DNA of 62,295 nucleotides, filler included, from Pirum gemmata (taxonomy: Eukaryota): the NCBI GenBank assembly GCA_002812295.1. It is 14 parts of 14 records of this genome, joined end to end, with 100 filler letters (N's around TTAATTAATTAA, not from the genome) between each part and the next. Parts side by side here need not be neighbours in the genome. Positions count along the whole stretch, not along the records: positions 8,933 to 13,140 come from PDIN01001212.1; positions 13,241 to 17,599 come from PDIN01001213.1; positions 17,700 to 22,013 come from PDIN01001214.1; positions 22,114 to 26,508 come from PDIN01001215.1; 10 more parts are not named here. One strand, written 5' to 3'. The notes beneath the pieces were generated by a model, which did no database searches, was not told the DNA's origin, and saw only the letters and a program-made list of their open reading frames with translations. Shown here one piece after another: positions 11,400 through 23,977 of the stretch. The stretch's first letter is position 1. Each line of letters opens with the position of its first letter. A program made the translations under genes and the position numbers.

Positions 11400-13036
11400 T
11401 TCAAACTATCGATCAAAAATCCAAAAAAATCTCAAAATGAAAGTAGACCCAAAGTAGACCCCTGGTCATACGGTCTACTATGTACACATACCAGTATGCC
11501 TAACATTTACCAACTTTTGAAAAGTGGCCAAATTTTTTCTGGCAACTTGAATATTTCGAACACATTAAATTTATATATTCGAAATAGAATATTATTATTA
11601 CTATGTCCCAAAAAGTTGGTGATTCTTAGACGCAATGCATGCACCATAGTTGACGATATCATACTGGTGATATTCATGATATGGGTTAAATTGGGTTTTA
11701 CAAAATATTTTGGATTCTTTTTTGGTTGGGTAACTCAATTACAAATTTGTCCAAATAAATGACAAAGAACCAATCTGAAGAGGAGGGGAAGAACCAATGT
11801 AGTTATTTTTTAAAATATCAATGTAATTTCGAAGTCGAATTTTATACTGTCACCTCGCAGGTAGGCGAGTACAGTGCGAGTACTTGACGATATAACTAGC
11901 TAGCTAGTAGACCTCTAGCTAGAGTCTAGACTGTCTGACTGACTAATACCCTAATCCTAATCGTAACCCTAACCCTAACCCTAACTAACCCTAACCCTAA
12001 CCCTAATCCTAACCCTAATCCTACGTATATTTTTGGGAGAAACATTTTTGGGAAAAACATTTTTAAAATTTGCATTTCTATGTTTAAATTGTTTTTTTGT
12101 TTGAGTAAGTTGAGAAATAGTTGTGTTATCAATTTCCTTTTTAATTTTTGGGAATACAATTTTATAATTATTATTTTCTTGTTGTTGTTGTGAAGAATCA
12201 AATACTTGTTGAGACCATTGGATGTTTGATACAAATACGTTTGTTGGTAAATATCCATCCGGAGTAAATTTACTTTTAACTTTTGATGACAACTCTACTC
12301 AAATTATAAGTAGCAATACCACAATCACTTTGAATAATTCTAAAGAAATAAAAGATATTGAAAGTATACTATTATTTTCTGTAACCATTGTACACGAAAA
12401 ACAATTCTTAACTGTTATGGGTAGGTCAGCTAATTATATATAATATACTAACCCTAACCCATACATTATATTAATATTCCTAACACTATCTCCCTAACCT
12501 AGTCCTAACCCTAACCTTAAAACCCTAATTATAAATCTAAGCTTAATCCTTAACCTAACCCTAATCATAAATTTAACCCTAACTGCCCTAGTTCTTAACC
12601 CTAACCCGAATTCTAATTCTAATTCTAATTCTAACTCTAACTCTAACTCTAACCCTAACCCTAACCCTAGCTCTAACCCTAACCCTAACCCTAATTTTAA
12701 CTCTAACCCCAACCCTAACCCTAACCCTAAACCCAACCCTAACCCTAACTCTAACTAAACTTGCAAATTGGTCCCTAAACCCACATTATAAACCTTTTTG
12801 AAGTATAACAAAATTTAAACTTTTATATATAATTTAGGATACCTGAGTCTACCAGTACACAGTGTCATAAAATAAAGTTATATGTTAGTTTTTAATTGAT
12901 TAGGAACTGGTATTGATTGGGTGTATAAAACTTAAAATAAAAAGCTCAACTTAAAATAATCATTATGCGTATGGTGGGAATTTCTATATAGTGCACTATT
13001 ACATTGTGGTGCTGGATCAAGTCTTAGTATTAGAAG

Positions 13037-13140
13037 GTTAGGGTTAGGGTTAGGGAACTGGTTAGGGTTAGGGAACTGGTTAGGGTAAGGGAACTGGTTA
13101 GGGTTAGGGAACTGGTTAGGGTAAGGGAACTGGTTAGGGT
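13037..13140 (+). repeat. Telomere-variant 18-mer tandem repeat (GGGAACTGGTTAGGGTWA)n
   Basis: About five units running to the contig end. Confidence 0.85.
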
Positions 13141-14475
13141 NNNNNNNNNNNNNNNNNNNNNNNNNNNNNNNNNNNNNNNNNNNNTTAATTAATTAANNNN
13201 NNNNNNNNNNNNNNNNNNNNNNNNNNNNNNNNNNNNNNNNTACTTTAATTGGTATTTACTATAATTGGATTTATTATTTAAACTATTTAACTGCTATTAT
13301 TAGCAAGGAACACGGAACTAAGGTTGGCTCGATAAGCATCTGTTCGAAAAAAGTTCCGGAAATATCTCACCCCTACTTGAACTAGCTAGTTTAATATAGT
13401 GTTCAAGAATCAAGAGTTCTTCCTGAGTTCTTCTTGAAAGTGTTCTTGAAGAGTTAGTTCAGTAGGGGCGAGATGAAGTCATTTTATTATTACCAAACAG
13501 CTGCTGGAACTTTTCCAATTTTATGGTTTTTATTACTATTAATGTTAATATTATTACTTTAATTGGTATCTACTATAATTAGATATGCTATTTTAAGCTA
13601 TTTAACTGCTATCATTAGTAAAGAACACGGAATTAACGATGGCTCGATAAACATCTGTTCGAAAAAAGTTCCAGTAGATATCTCATTGAAGCTGTTCTTG
13701 ACTTCTTCTTGAAAGTGTTCTGGAGTCTTGAGAGTCTTGAGTCCGACTACTGTCCGACTCTTGAGTCTTGACTCTTGCGCATTCCGTGCTAGCTACTACT
13801 AGTAGCTAGCTAGCTAGTAGCTAGAACTTAGCTAGACTAGTCTAGCTACTAATAGTCTACTAATATCATATTATATACCCCTTTTTCCTGGGGTCTTTTG
13901 TCCTTTGACTACTAGTCTCTAGTAGACTATAATAAAATTTAATTAATAGACGGGTCGGGTGACTCGGGTCTATGAGATAATGAGATGATATTATTGTTGT
14001 TGTTAGCTTTTTATTATTAGGTCTATCGTGCTTTTCAGTTATTTTGTCATATCATAATAGAATACACAGTAATAAATACCAATTGCAAGTTAACATTATA
14101 TCAAATTTATTTGATACAATTTAATTAACTTGGCGTGTTTAATAATTTATATTTCAATTTATTTTAAAATAACCACGTGCACGTTTATAAATTTAAAAGT
14201 ACCGAATAGAATCAGGATGGGATCCGATGGGTTATTGTCAGAAGTCGGCAGTAGACAGTAGTAGAGCAGTCAATGACGTCAGTCTTACTCCGAGAATGGA
14301 AGCGAAAGATTTTTTAGCGGTGCCAAAATAGTCTAAAAAGTTATTATCATTATTATACTAATTATACTATTATTATTATAATTATATTATTATTATCATA
14401 TTATTATTGTAGTAATTATATGTAATTATCATAAATTCATATTGTGATAATATCATTAATTAGTACTAGTAGACT

Positions 14476-15434
14476 ATAGCGCTTTTCATTCAATCCGAAT
14501 ATTTATTTGGTTGGTTATAAATTTTTAATTGACATTGTTAAATGAATAAATGGATAATAAAATATACCAAATTAAATGAAATGGATTTATATTGTATTAA
14601 TTGGGTACTTTTTATTGTATATTTTATGATGACAAAAAGCACGATAGTATATATCATAGCATAGTGGTATGATATTATATCATACCATATAGTATTAATA
14701 GTATTATATTATATAGTTCTTAACCTGTAATAGAGAAACAACGTTACCTGAAAGTATTTAAAATATTATATATATTATCATATTATATTTGTTTATTTTT
14801 CTAATTATGAGAGTCGTTAGAGACTACTAAAAGTCGTTGAGATTAGTAGTATATATGATAGCATAGCATAGTAGTATTATAACATAATATAATATAATAT
14901 AGTCATAAATATCATAATGTTATATTAATAATATTATATTATTATTATTATATATAGTATCATATTGTAGTATCATAATATCATTAATTAGTAGTATATA
15001 TCATATCATAGTGGTATTATATCATTAGTAGCTATAGTATTATTAATATATTATAGAGTTCTTACTATATATATATAAGCCAATCATAAATTCATATCGT
15101 GATAATATCATTAATTAATATTATTATCATAGTGGTATGATATTATATATCATACCATAGTCGTATTATAATATTATATATATAGTTCTCTGAGAAACAA
15201 CGTTACCTGAAAGTATTTAATATTATAATTATATTATCATGTTTGTTTATCGTGATATGAGAGTCGTTAGAGGCTATTTGTCATCATAAAATATACAATA
15301 AAGAGTACCCAATTAATACAATATAAATCCATTTCATTTAATTTGGTATATTTTATTATCCATTTATTCATTTAACAATGGCAATTAAAAAATTATAACC
15401 AACCAAATAAATATTCAAAAAAGAAAAGCGCTAT
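14476..15434. mobile_element. Inverted pair of family A MITEs enclosing an internal direct duplication
   Basis: 14476-14646(-) and 15277-15434(+) share variants (AAGCGCTA end, GTACCCAATT, ATTTAACAATG). 14660-14822 is duplicated at 15128-15272. Confidence 0.7.
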
Positions 15435-18404
15435 CGAAGTGCAAAAAATAAGTAAAAAATACCATCTGTTCAACAGGTAGATACTAGCAGGTAGATACTA
15501 GATAGTAGTAGTATAGTAGTGTAGTGCAACTAGCTAGCTAGTAGCTAGCTAGCTAGAGTGCAACTGAGAGATTACGCTTTCTTCTTTCCTATCCGACCGA
15601 ACAAGTTCCGAACCTTTTAAAATTTCAGATCCGAATGATAATATTTTTTTTTCGAATATAGTAAAATGATAATAATAGTAATAATTTTCGAATCAGTTCG
15701 AAAAAATGATTTCGGATCAGTTCTGAAAGCCGGTGAGCCAGTATTATAATAAATATTAGCTAGATAATAATATCATACATCATACTACTATATAGACTAT
15801 GATACAATGTATATAATACTTTTTATAATAATTTCAATTATTATTATTATTACTATTATTAGTTATTATTATTTATTATTGTTTATTATTGTTATTATTA
15901 TTATTATTATTACTGTTACTATTATTATTTATTATTATCATCATTATTATTGTGATATGATAACTACATAACTACATTATCAGATAGTAGTAGCAGACTA
16001 GTAGCAGCTTATCGATAGTCTATACTATGCTTTCTGAGACTAATAATATCATAATATTACTATAACATTATTAAAATAATACTGGTAGTCAAAAGACTCA
16101 AAAACTGCTTTTAGAGAGTTTTTATAGGTATCATAGTATCATAATAATATTCTATTTATATACTTATTTATAATTTATATAGTCTATGTGTTTGTTTGAA
16201 TATTGTGGTTCAAAGTTCAAAACTTCAAAGTTCAAAGTTCAAACTGGATCAAACCAGGTTCAAATACGGTTGAAATACCTAGGTTCAAACTTCAAAGTTC
16301 AAATACGGTTCAATAAGCAGTTCAATAGAGACTATAGGCTAATCATGGCTAATCATGAAGCCAAGTAATTCCAAAAAAGGCACTAGCACTTTGACATCGT
16401 TGACACGTCTTTTATAAACAACTATCATTTTTGAAGTTCAAATTTAAAATTATTTCATAATAATCGAAGCCCGATACGATATTTGGTACTTTTTCATTTT
16501 TTTTCTCTATTAATTTATTAAATCATTTTATTCATCATTAAGAAATTATGTCGAACGAAAATTTTGGTTGTTCGATCGAAATGGTGACATTTTTGGTAGC
16601 TTTTTAACTCGTAGGTATAAATGAATAAAAAAAAATAAAAAAAGACAATACGGGTTGGCTATTGGCTAATTCTGTAAGATAATTTAAAAATAAAAAAGAT
16701 CACACTATGGGCCTATCATAAGGGGCAAGTGATTAAAAAACGACCAACTTTTTTAATTTTACTAGAACTTTCAGTTTTGGAATATTTTTCGAATATAGTT
16801 AATTTAATAGATATTTAATATATTTTGAATTTTCGAACATGAAAAAAAAAAAAAAGGGTGCGACTTTTAATTAATAAAAAAGTAGGGCGTTTTTAGATTG
16901 TTTGCACCATACTCATTTTGGTTCGATGTTTGATCGATTAAAGGCTCGATAAGTAACTCGAACAAAAATTAAAAATATATTGGGCGGAGTTTGGGCGGGT
17001 ATAAGGAATGACGTCACAAGAAAAATATTTTTTCTAACCTCGCTTCGGGACTGCTTCGAGTTAGGGTTAGGTAAGGGTTAGGGTTAGTCTAGGTAAGGGT
17101 TAGGGTTAGGGTTAGGGTTAGGGCTAGGATTAGGATTAGGGTTAGGGTTAGGGTTAGCGCCTCCTCTCATAGATTCTCATATACAATATTACCATTTTTG
17201 GATGTAAGAGAGTAATTTGAGAGGGAAATTCTCTTTTCCTTAATCATAAAACACTTGCAGACACCTCATCAAGGAATATTTAAAAAGTGATGTCATCATT
17301 AACGAATGCAAAACAAAAAATTAAATTATTATGACGTCATCTATGCTTGCCCTGTGCTTTAGTAGTGCTTTAGTCCCTCTAATAAGATTTTTATTAATAA
17401 AAACTCAACTCGGTATTTTTTTTTTAAGAAATTAGCTCAGAAAGCCAAAACAGTAATCGGGCCGGAGTGTTTCTGTTGGTCATTATAAAAGCCTCAGATT
17501 TGCAAGGATTTGCTTATTTTATAATACTATGATATATTCGTGCTTTTCAGTTGTTTTGTCATCGTAAAGTATACAATAAAGAGTACCAAATTAATACAAN
17601 NNNNNNNNNNNNNNNNNNNNNNNNNNNNNNNNNNNNNNNNNNNTTAATTAATTAANNNNNNNNNNNNNNNNNNNNNNNNNNNNNNNNNNNNNNNNNNNNG
17701 TCTAAATATTTATTTGGAGGGTTATAATCTTTAAATTGACATTTTTAAATCAATAAATAGATAACATAATATACCTAATTGAATTAAATGGATTTATATT
17801 ATATTAATTAGGTCCTTGTCATTGCTGTGGTAGTGGTAATGGTTATTATTATTGTTATTAGTAATGGTATTGTTATTGGTATTGTAATTCTTATTGTTAT
17901 TGTTATTGTTATTACTATTAATATTGTTATTGTTAACGTTATTGTTATTATTATTATTATTATTATTATTAATATTAATCTTATTATTATTGTTATTATA
18001 AATTAATATTGGTATTGATTATTATTATTATTATTATTTGTTCTTTTGAGTATATGAAAAGCACATATAAACTTTGTTACACTGTGTAATTTATGTATAT
18101 TATCATTAAATTTTTATTTATAAATAAATATTAATATCGTGTTTTTCAATAGTGTACACACATGTTGTTCAGTTCAAAAACTGAAATAAACATACAAAAT
18201 TATTATTATTATTAAACTATCAGACATGCTATACAATGTTGTATTTTATAATTATGTTCAATTAAACACTTAAACAGTACCAAATTAAAGATTAATTAAA
18301 AGAACAACTTTAATGAAATAGACGATAATATATAGACACAACTAAATCATCCTGTAAGTAACCATTGGTAATATTAGTGTCACTGTTATTGACAAGAGCA
18401 ACTA

Positions 18405-18600
18405 AACAACAACAACAACAACAACAATAACAATAACAATAACAGTAAGAATAACAATAACAATAACAATAACAATAACAATAACAATAACAATAACAAT
18501 AGCAATAGCAATAACAATAACAATAACAATAACAATAACAATAACAATAACAATAACAATAACAATAACAATAACAATAACAATAACCCTAACCCTAACA
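18405..18600 (+). repeat. (CAATAA)n microsatellite grading into CCCTAA
   Basis: Direct reading. Confidence 0.9.
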
Positions 18601-20085
18601 ATTGTACAACAAAATCAGGACGAATCTAATAATAGACTCGCCTTCTAATTATATATTTTTAAAAATTATAACTCCCCTCAGAGGCTCAGACTCTCAGACA
18701 GGACTCTCAGAATCCTAAGTTTCTTTTTTTGACCAATCAATCGCAAGATCAGGATTACTTTGTCAAGCTTTGTCAGCTTTGTCAAGCTTTGTCAATGCGA
18801 AAAAAGCTAGCGAAAAAAAGATACAAAATGTCAATCAACGATATGTTTGAAATATTATAATTTCGATTTTTATTAAATTTTACATATTTTAACTTCCCAA
18901 AAAAATACAAAACTCGAAAATAAGTATCGAGCTCGAATAGCGCAAATTGTATATATTCGTAAAACTATATTTTGATTGGTTATTTCTTCAATAAATATAT
19001 CTATATTAAGTAATATTAATAATGGATGTATTACTAAATTAAGAATTCTTTTTTTCTGATGTCAGAAATTGTCAGAACTTCCCAAAAAAATTCGAGCTTG
19101 TTCCAGTAGTTGTATATTTTTTCAAGCAAAAAAATTCGAAAATTAATTCGCTAATCGAACTTAATTTATTTATTAATCAATAAATAAGTTTGAAATATTA
19201 GAAATTATATTTCAAATAATGTTCGATATAATATATATACATACATTGTTCAGTTTTTTTTTTAAAAAAAAAAAAAGCTCGAAGAAATTTTTGGACNAAT
19301 TGAATCTAGAAGGGTATTTTTGTCAACTAAGACATTTAGATTGGTTTTTTAAACTCTTTAATCAACATCTGGATAAACTTTTTTTTTTTTGAGCAAAATA
19401 AAGGATAAAAAAAAACGATGGTTTTAAAGTCTAAAAATACCAATCTAGATGTCTTAGTTGACAAAAATACCCTTCTAGATTCAATTCCATCTTCAGATTT
19501 CATTAGTCCTCTCAATCTTTAATTTGGTACTGTTTAAGTGTATAATTGAACTTTTTTATAAATAAAACTATTAAGTATAAAATACCAAATTAATTAAAAC
19601 ATGCCCGATAGTTTTACCATAATAATAATTTGGTATTAATTAATACATTTATTTTAGTTTTTGAATCGAGATCCTTAGTTAACCATGCAAGCACATCTTC
19701 TAATTATTAGCTTAGGATTATATCGATTGCTGATTGCCATTAGCTCGAGCAACGAACCGGTTTAAAAAAAGAGTTAAAGTATTGTTTAACTATTACTTCA
19801 TTTAGAAATACGGTTTCCATACATAGTAACCATAGGACTGGTCCAATCATTATATTTAGTGATTTTAACGTTTGGACTTCTATATTTGTAAGTACAAACT
19901 TAACCTTATTTAATTAAAAAGATATTTTTACGTGTTCGAGTCGATATTGTATTAATTTGGTAACCTAACCCTAACCCTAACCCTAACCCTAACCCTAACC
20001 CTAACCCTAACCCTAACCCTAACCCTGAAAAGTACGACATATTATGCAAAACAGCAATCAGAATTTTTTTTTAATTATTAATTAA

Positions 20086-20275
20086 TATCGTGCTTTTCAG
20101 TTATTTTGTCGTTATAAAATATACAATAAATAGTACCAAATTAATACAATATAAATCCATTTAATTTAATTTGGCATATTTTATTAAATATTTATTTATT
20201 TAAAAGTATCAATTTAAATATTATAAACAACCAAATAAATATTCGGAGTGACAAAATAAATGAAAAAACACGATA
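20086..20275 (+). mobile_element. MITE family A, full-length copy (most abundant repeat in the window)
   Basis: About 190 bp with TIR TATCGTGCTTTTCA.TTATTTTGTC / GACAAAATAAATGAAAA.CACGATA. Full copies also at 42222-42415(-), 61020-61207 and ~59160-59340. Partial copies at ~5800, 6726, 14024, 17537, 17700, 21795, 29360, 35347, 37936, 40565 and 58850. Confidence 0.9.
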
Positions 20276-20427
20276 ATATATATAATAGCTATTTTTTTTC
20301 TTTTTGTTTTTGTTTTTGTGTATAATATATAATACACACGTGTTAGTATGTTATAAAAAAAATTAGCCTCACTATGTTAACCTGGTCAAAACTCTTAATT
20401 AATTTATTTTCCCTCTATTAATACCGT

Positions 20428-20608
20428 GGGGAACATTAATAAAGACATCACTTATTCTTTGATAAAAGTCATTGCTCGAAAGTGTGACTTAAACTGTTTT
20501 ACGCAGTAATTAATTATTAAAATGGAATTTAAAATTATGACCAAAAGCGTTTTGGGCAAAGAGGCATAGGTAAGATTAGGTGACGTCCTTAATTTAATGG
20601 ATGATTCT
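20428..20608 (+). mobile_element. MITE family H (Harbinger-like termini)
   Basis: Copies at 41978-42144(-) and ~58670-58850. Reconstructed TIR GGRAWCATTCATAAAGGACGTCAC resembles that of the 3010 element. Confidence 0.7.
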
Positions 20609-20662
20609 TAGCTTAGGTTCTTCTATATCACAGTTCCTTTAGCTGTTCCTTTTCTCTCAAAA

Positions 20663-20723
<61 letters not shown>

Positions 20724-20824
20724 ATGTATCAGTTGGAGTGAGCGTTTTTCTATCGTTGGTAAGTAAGTTGGTTAATTGGAGTAGGTCTTCAAAAAATATA
20801 TGTAGGTCTACAACTAAAAATTAT

Positions 20825-21502
20825 AGGAAGGGTGACACCCCTCATTTTCATTTTCCGCTGCGGCTGTGGCTTACTATATATGTATTTTTACTATATAAAA
20901 TATATAAATAGTAAATTATATATAGTTGTAAATTATATATTAATATAAATAAATTATTTAATTAAAAAGTAACTTAATTAAAAGTTACTATACTAAGAGT
21001 ACTGTTTCAAAAAAAGAAATTATTTTATTATTTATGTTTTACAATTTACTATTTAATTAAACATTTCAATATACAGATAATTTCCTCTCAGCATAGAATC
21101 TACCCAAGTATCCCAAGAATCATTTCTGTAATCATTATCGAGCATATATTCCTCAATTCTCATACGTGCTTGAAGACCAGTAAGAGAAACCCAATTATTA
21201 GCATTGTCAAGTCTACCAATAATACGATGTTCTTGCAATCGTTCATATACTCTTCTAAGAATATTGTTAACATTAACTCTTCTCATGTCAATCCCTATAG
21301 TCTCAATGTTTTCCACGTCACGTCTTAAAAAGTAACTTAAGTTACTATACTAAGACTGTTCCAAAAAAAGACAAATTATTTTACTATATATGGTTTACAA
21401 TTTACTTAATTGGCAAGCCGTAAATGGATGCGGGTTGCGGAATTAGTGCCAATTTTAAAGGGGTCATTTACTTATAGGACTCTTATAGGTGTCGCCCCTC
21501 CT
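20825..21502. mobile_element. TIR element related to families D/E carrying a short ORF between ~90-bp direct repeats
   Basis: TIR AGGAAGGGTGACACC / GGTGTCGCCCCTCCT (13/15 match). Direct repeats at ~20962-21058 and ~21325-21411 bracket ORF 21053-21316(-). Confidence 0.6.
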
Positions 21503-22504
21503 ATCTTATATTATCAAAGTTTTGTGCAGTTCAAAAACTGAAATAAACATTATAATGGTTAAACTATCAGACATGTTTTAATAAATTTGGTATTTTATAC
21601 TTAATGTTGTATTTTTTAAATAAGTTCAATTACACACTTAAACTGTAGCAAATTAATAAAGTTTGAGATAATGAAATAGACAATAATGTAACTATTGGTT
21701 AGACTATAGCTAGTTGGCTATATATTATAATATTAGTAGCTATAGTTGTAACAATAAAAACGTTATGTTATATAATATTACATATTGAAATATTATCGTG
21801 CTTTTCATTTATTTTGTCACTCTGAACCAAATTTTCGATTATTATACTTTGATCATCATTCTACGCAAACTTGAAATTTTAATTGTTAGGGTTAAGGGTT
21901 AGGTTTAGGATTAGGATTCAGAACTCTAAAAGATAGGTATCGGTTTAGGTTTAGGTTTAGGTTTCGGTTTAAGTTAAGGGTTAGGGTTAGGGTTAGGGTT
22001 AGGGTTAGGGTTANNNNNNNNNNNNNNNNNNNNNNNNNNNNNNNNNNNNNNNNNNNNTTAATTAATTAANNNNNNNNNNNNNNNNNNNNNNNNNNNNNNN
22101 NNNNNNNNNNNNNTGTTAATTATTTGTTGTTACTAAAATTTATTATTATTAATTATTAATTATTAATTATTAATAATTATCATTATTAGTATCATTACTA
22201 TTATTATCAACATTAAAATATTAAGTATTGTTATTATTATTATTTTAAAATTATTATTATTAGTATTATTATTGTTATTTTTGATATTAATTAAAATATT
22301 AATTATTATTATTAATAAAAAAAAAACAATCAGTGAATAACGAACAAAGTAAGAAGCTTGTGTTTTTATAAAAAAAAACTATGAAAAAAGAAAGAGAAAA
22401 TATTTATTAATTTTAAGGCTTATAGAGATATTTTAATTAATACCTTTAATGGTATCTTTTAAAATATATATATAAATATAATATTATAATTAAACAAAAG
22501 CAAA

Positions 22505-23977
22505 ATGGTTGTTGTAGAAGCAAAAGTAATATTACCAGTATCTGCAAATGAGTATTGGAATTTTCGACTTAGTGAAGAATGGCTTAAATTAGAAATCGAA
22601 TTAACACAAAAAAAATCCAAAATAGTAGTTGACAAAAAATTTGATTTACATGGAAGAATAATACAAATGAAAATAAATACAAAACCCAATTTGGATGATA
22701 TTCCAGATTGGCTTATGAAGATGGGGCCTGAGGGTGGTATAGAATTTGTTGATGTGATTAAATTAAATCCTGATTGTTTAAATTTTACTATAAAAACCAC
22801 TCCAAACGCCTTCTCTGATTGTTGTGATATTTCTAGTGTTACAACTATTACACCCATTAATGACAATTCTTGTGAGCAACACGTTAAAGCAAACGTGGTA
22901 GTCAACCATTGGATTGTTGGCTCCATTGTTCAAGGTTTGGTAGCTTCAGGCATTACCGGAGGATGTGAAAGTGTACCGGATATGGTTGTAGAATTTCTTA
23001 AAAGGTACCCTTCACATCCGGATTTAAACGTTAACAGTAGGAAAGAAATACCAACACAAGAAAATAATACAGAAAGAAGTGATATTCCTGCATTGGCATC
23101 GATGGAGTCAGAAATATTCCATGATGCACAGGAAAGCTTTTTAGAGCTACAACAACAAGAACAAAAAACAAAAGATAAAAACGTTAATTATAACATTGTT
23201 AGACAACCATCACAATCAACACATGTACAATCAACACAATCTTCCTTATCTTCGCAAATTCCAGATACACCACATAAACCTAATATTATAGACACCACCC
23301 ATACTGCCTTTTTAGACAGTCTAGATGAACCAGCCAATAATTCAATTTTTGGGTTTAATTTTCAGCCAGAGTACAAGACTTTAAATAGTAGTATTAAAAA
23401 CGGAATCAATACTATTTTACGTAGTAATAGTACAAATAGCAGTAATAACAAAATTGATTATGATAATGTTAATGTTGAAAATGATAATGATAGTGATCTT
23501 CCAAATTCAGAAGAAGATAACGAAAAAATGGGCAATGCTTACTATTCATTGCCTTCTAATTTGATTGATAGTTTGTGGTCTTCTTTATCTTCTAAAACCG
23601 TGAATTCTAAAAAGGAAGTATTAACTGTTGTTGTCAATAATTATTATCATGACCAAGATTTGGATTCAATGAATGGTAGTGATGATTCCGATGAATTTTC
23701 GGACGATTCAAGCGATGACGGTCAAAAAAATGTTCAATTGGCAATAATAAATTCAAATGGAACACTTCAATTAAAAATAGGAAGAAGGCTGTCACTTTAT
23801 GAGTCAAATATGTTGGGCAAAGATGACGATACTGTCCACGTGATGGATTGTAAAAAAAGTTTTGGTAAAGTGTTGACTCATAGTATGTGCACCAACATTC
23901 GTACCTGGACTACCCTATTTGAACGAGAAAAATTTCAAGAAATACAGTGTGGTACACTAAGTGTGGCATTAGTTTAA
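22505..23977 (+). CDS. 490-aa protein: N-terminal START/SRPBCC (VASt/DUF2505-like) domain, FFAT-like motif, unknown C-terminal domain
   Basis: Intronless ATG-TAA ORF. The first ~165 aa show a helix-grip-like pattern (ILPVSANEYW...ITPINDNSCEQHVKANVVVNHWIVGSIVQGLV). ESEIFHDAQE lies at 23105-23134. The domain call is by eye. Confidence 0.7.
   Translation: MVVVEAKVILPVSANEYWNFRLSEEWLKLEIELTQKKSKIVVDKKFDLHGRIIQMKINTKPNLDDIPDWLMKMGPEGGIEFVDVIKLNPDCLNFTIKTTPNAFSDCCDISSVTTITPINDNSCEQHVKANVVVNHWIVGSIVQGLVASGITGGCESVPDMVVEFLKRYPSHPDLNVNSRKEIPTQENNTERSDIPALASMESEIFHDAQESFLELQQQEQKTKDKNVNYNIVRQPSQSTHVQSTQSSLSSQIPDTPHKPNIIDTTHTAFLDSLDEPANNSIFGFNFQPEYKTLNSSIKNGINTILRSNSTNSSNNKIDYDNVNVENDNDSDLPNSEEDNEKMGNAYYSLPSNLIDSLWSSLSSKTVNSKKEVLTVVVNNYYHDQDLDSMNGSDDSDEFSDDSSDDGQKNVQLAIINSNGTLQLKIGRRLSLYESNMLGKDDDTVHVMDCKKSFGKVLTHSMCTNIRTWTTLFEREKFQEIQCGTLSVALV

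Noticed and set aside
11926..12443. Overlapping ORFs of 73-110 aa between telomeric arrays as a gene
   Set aside because: No recognisable motif and both strands are similarly plausible. It could be an exon, but this is unsupported.
12494..12736. Low-complexity ORFs (LGLG, poly-L/I/N; also 6912, 18386, 28473, 40103, 48926-49319)
   Set aside because: Translations of telomeric or microsatellite repeats.
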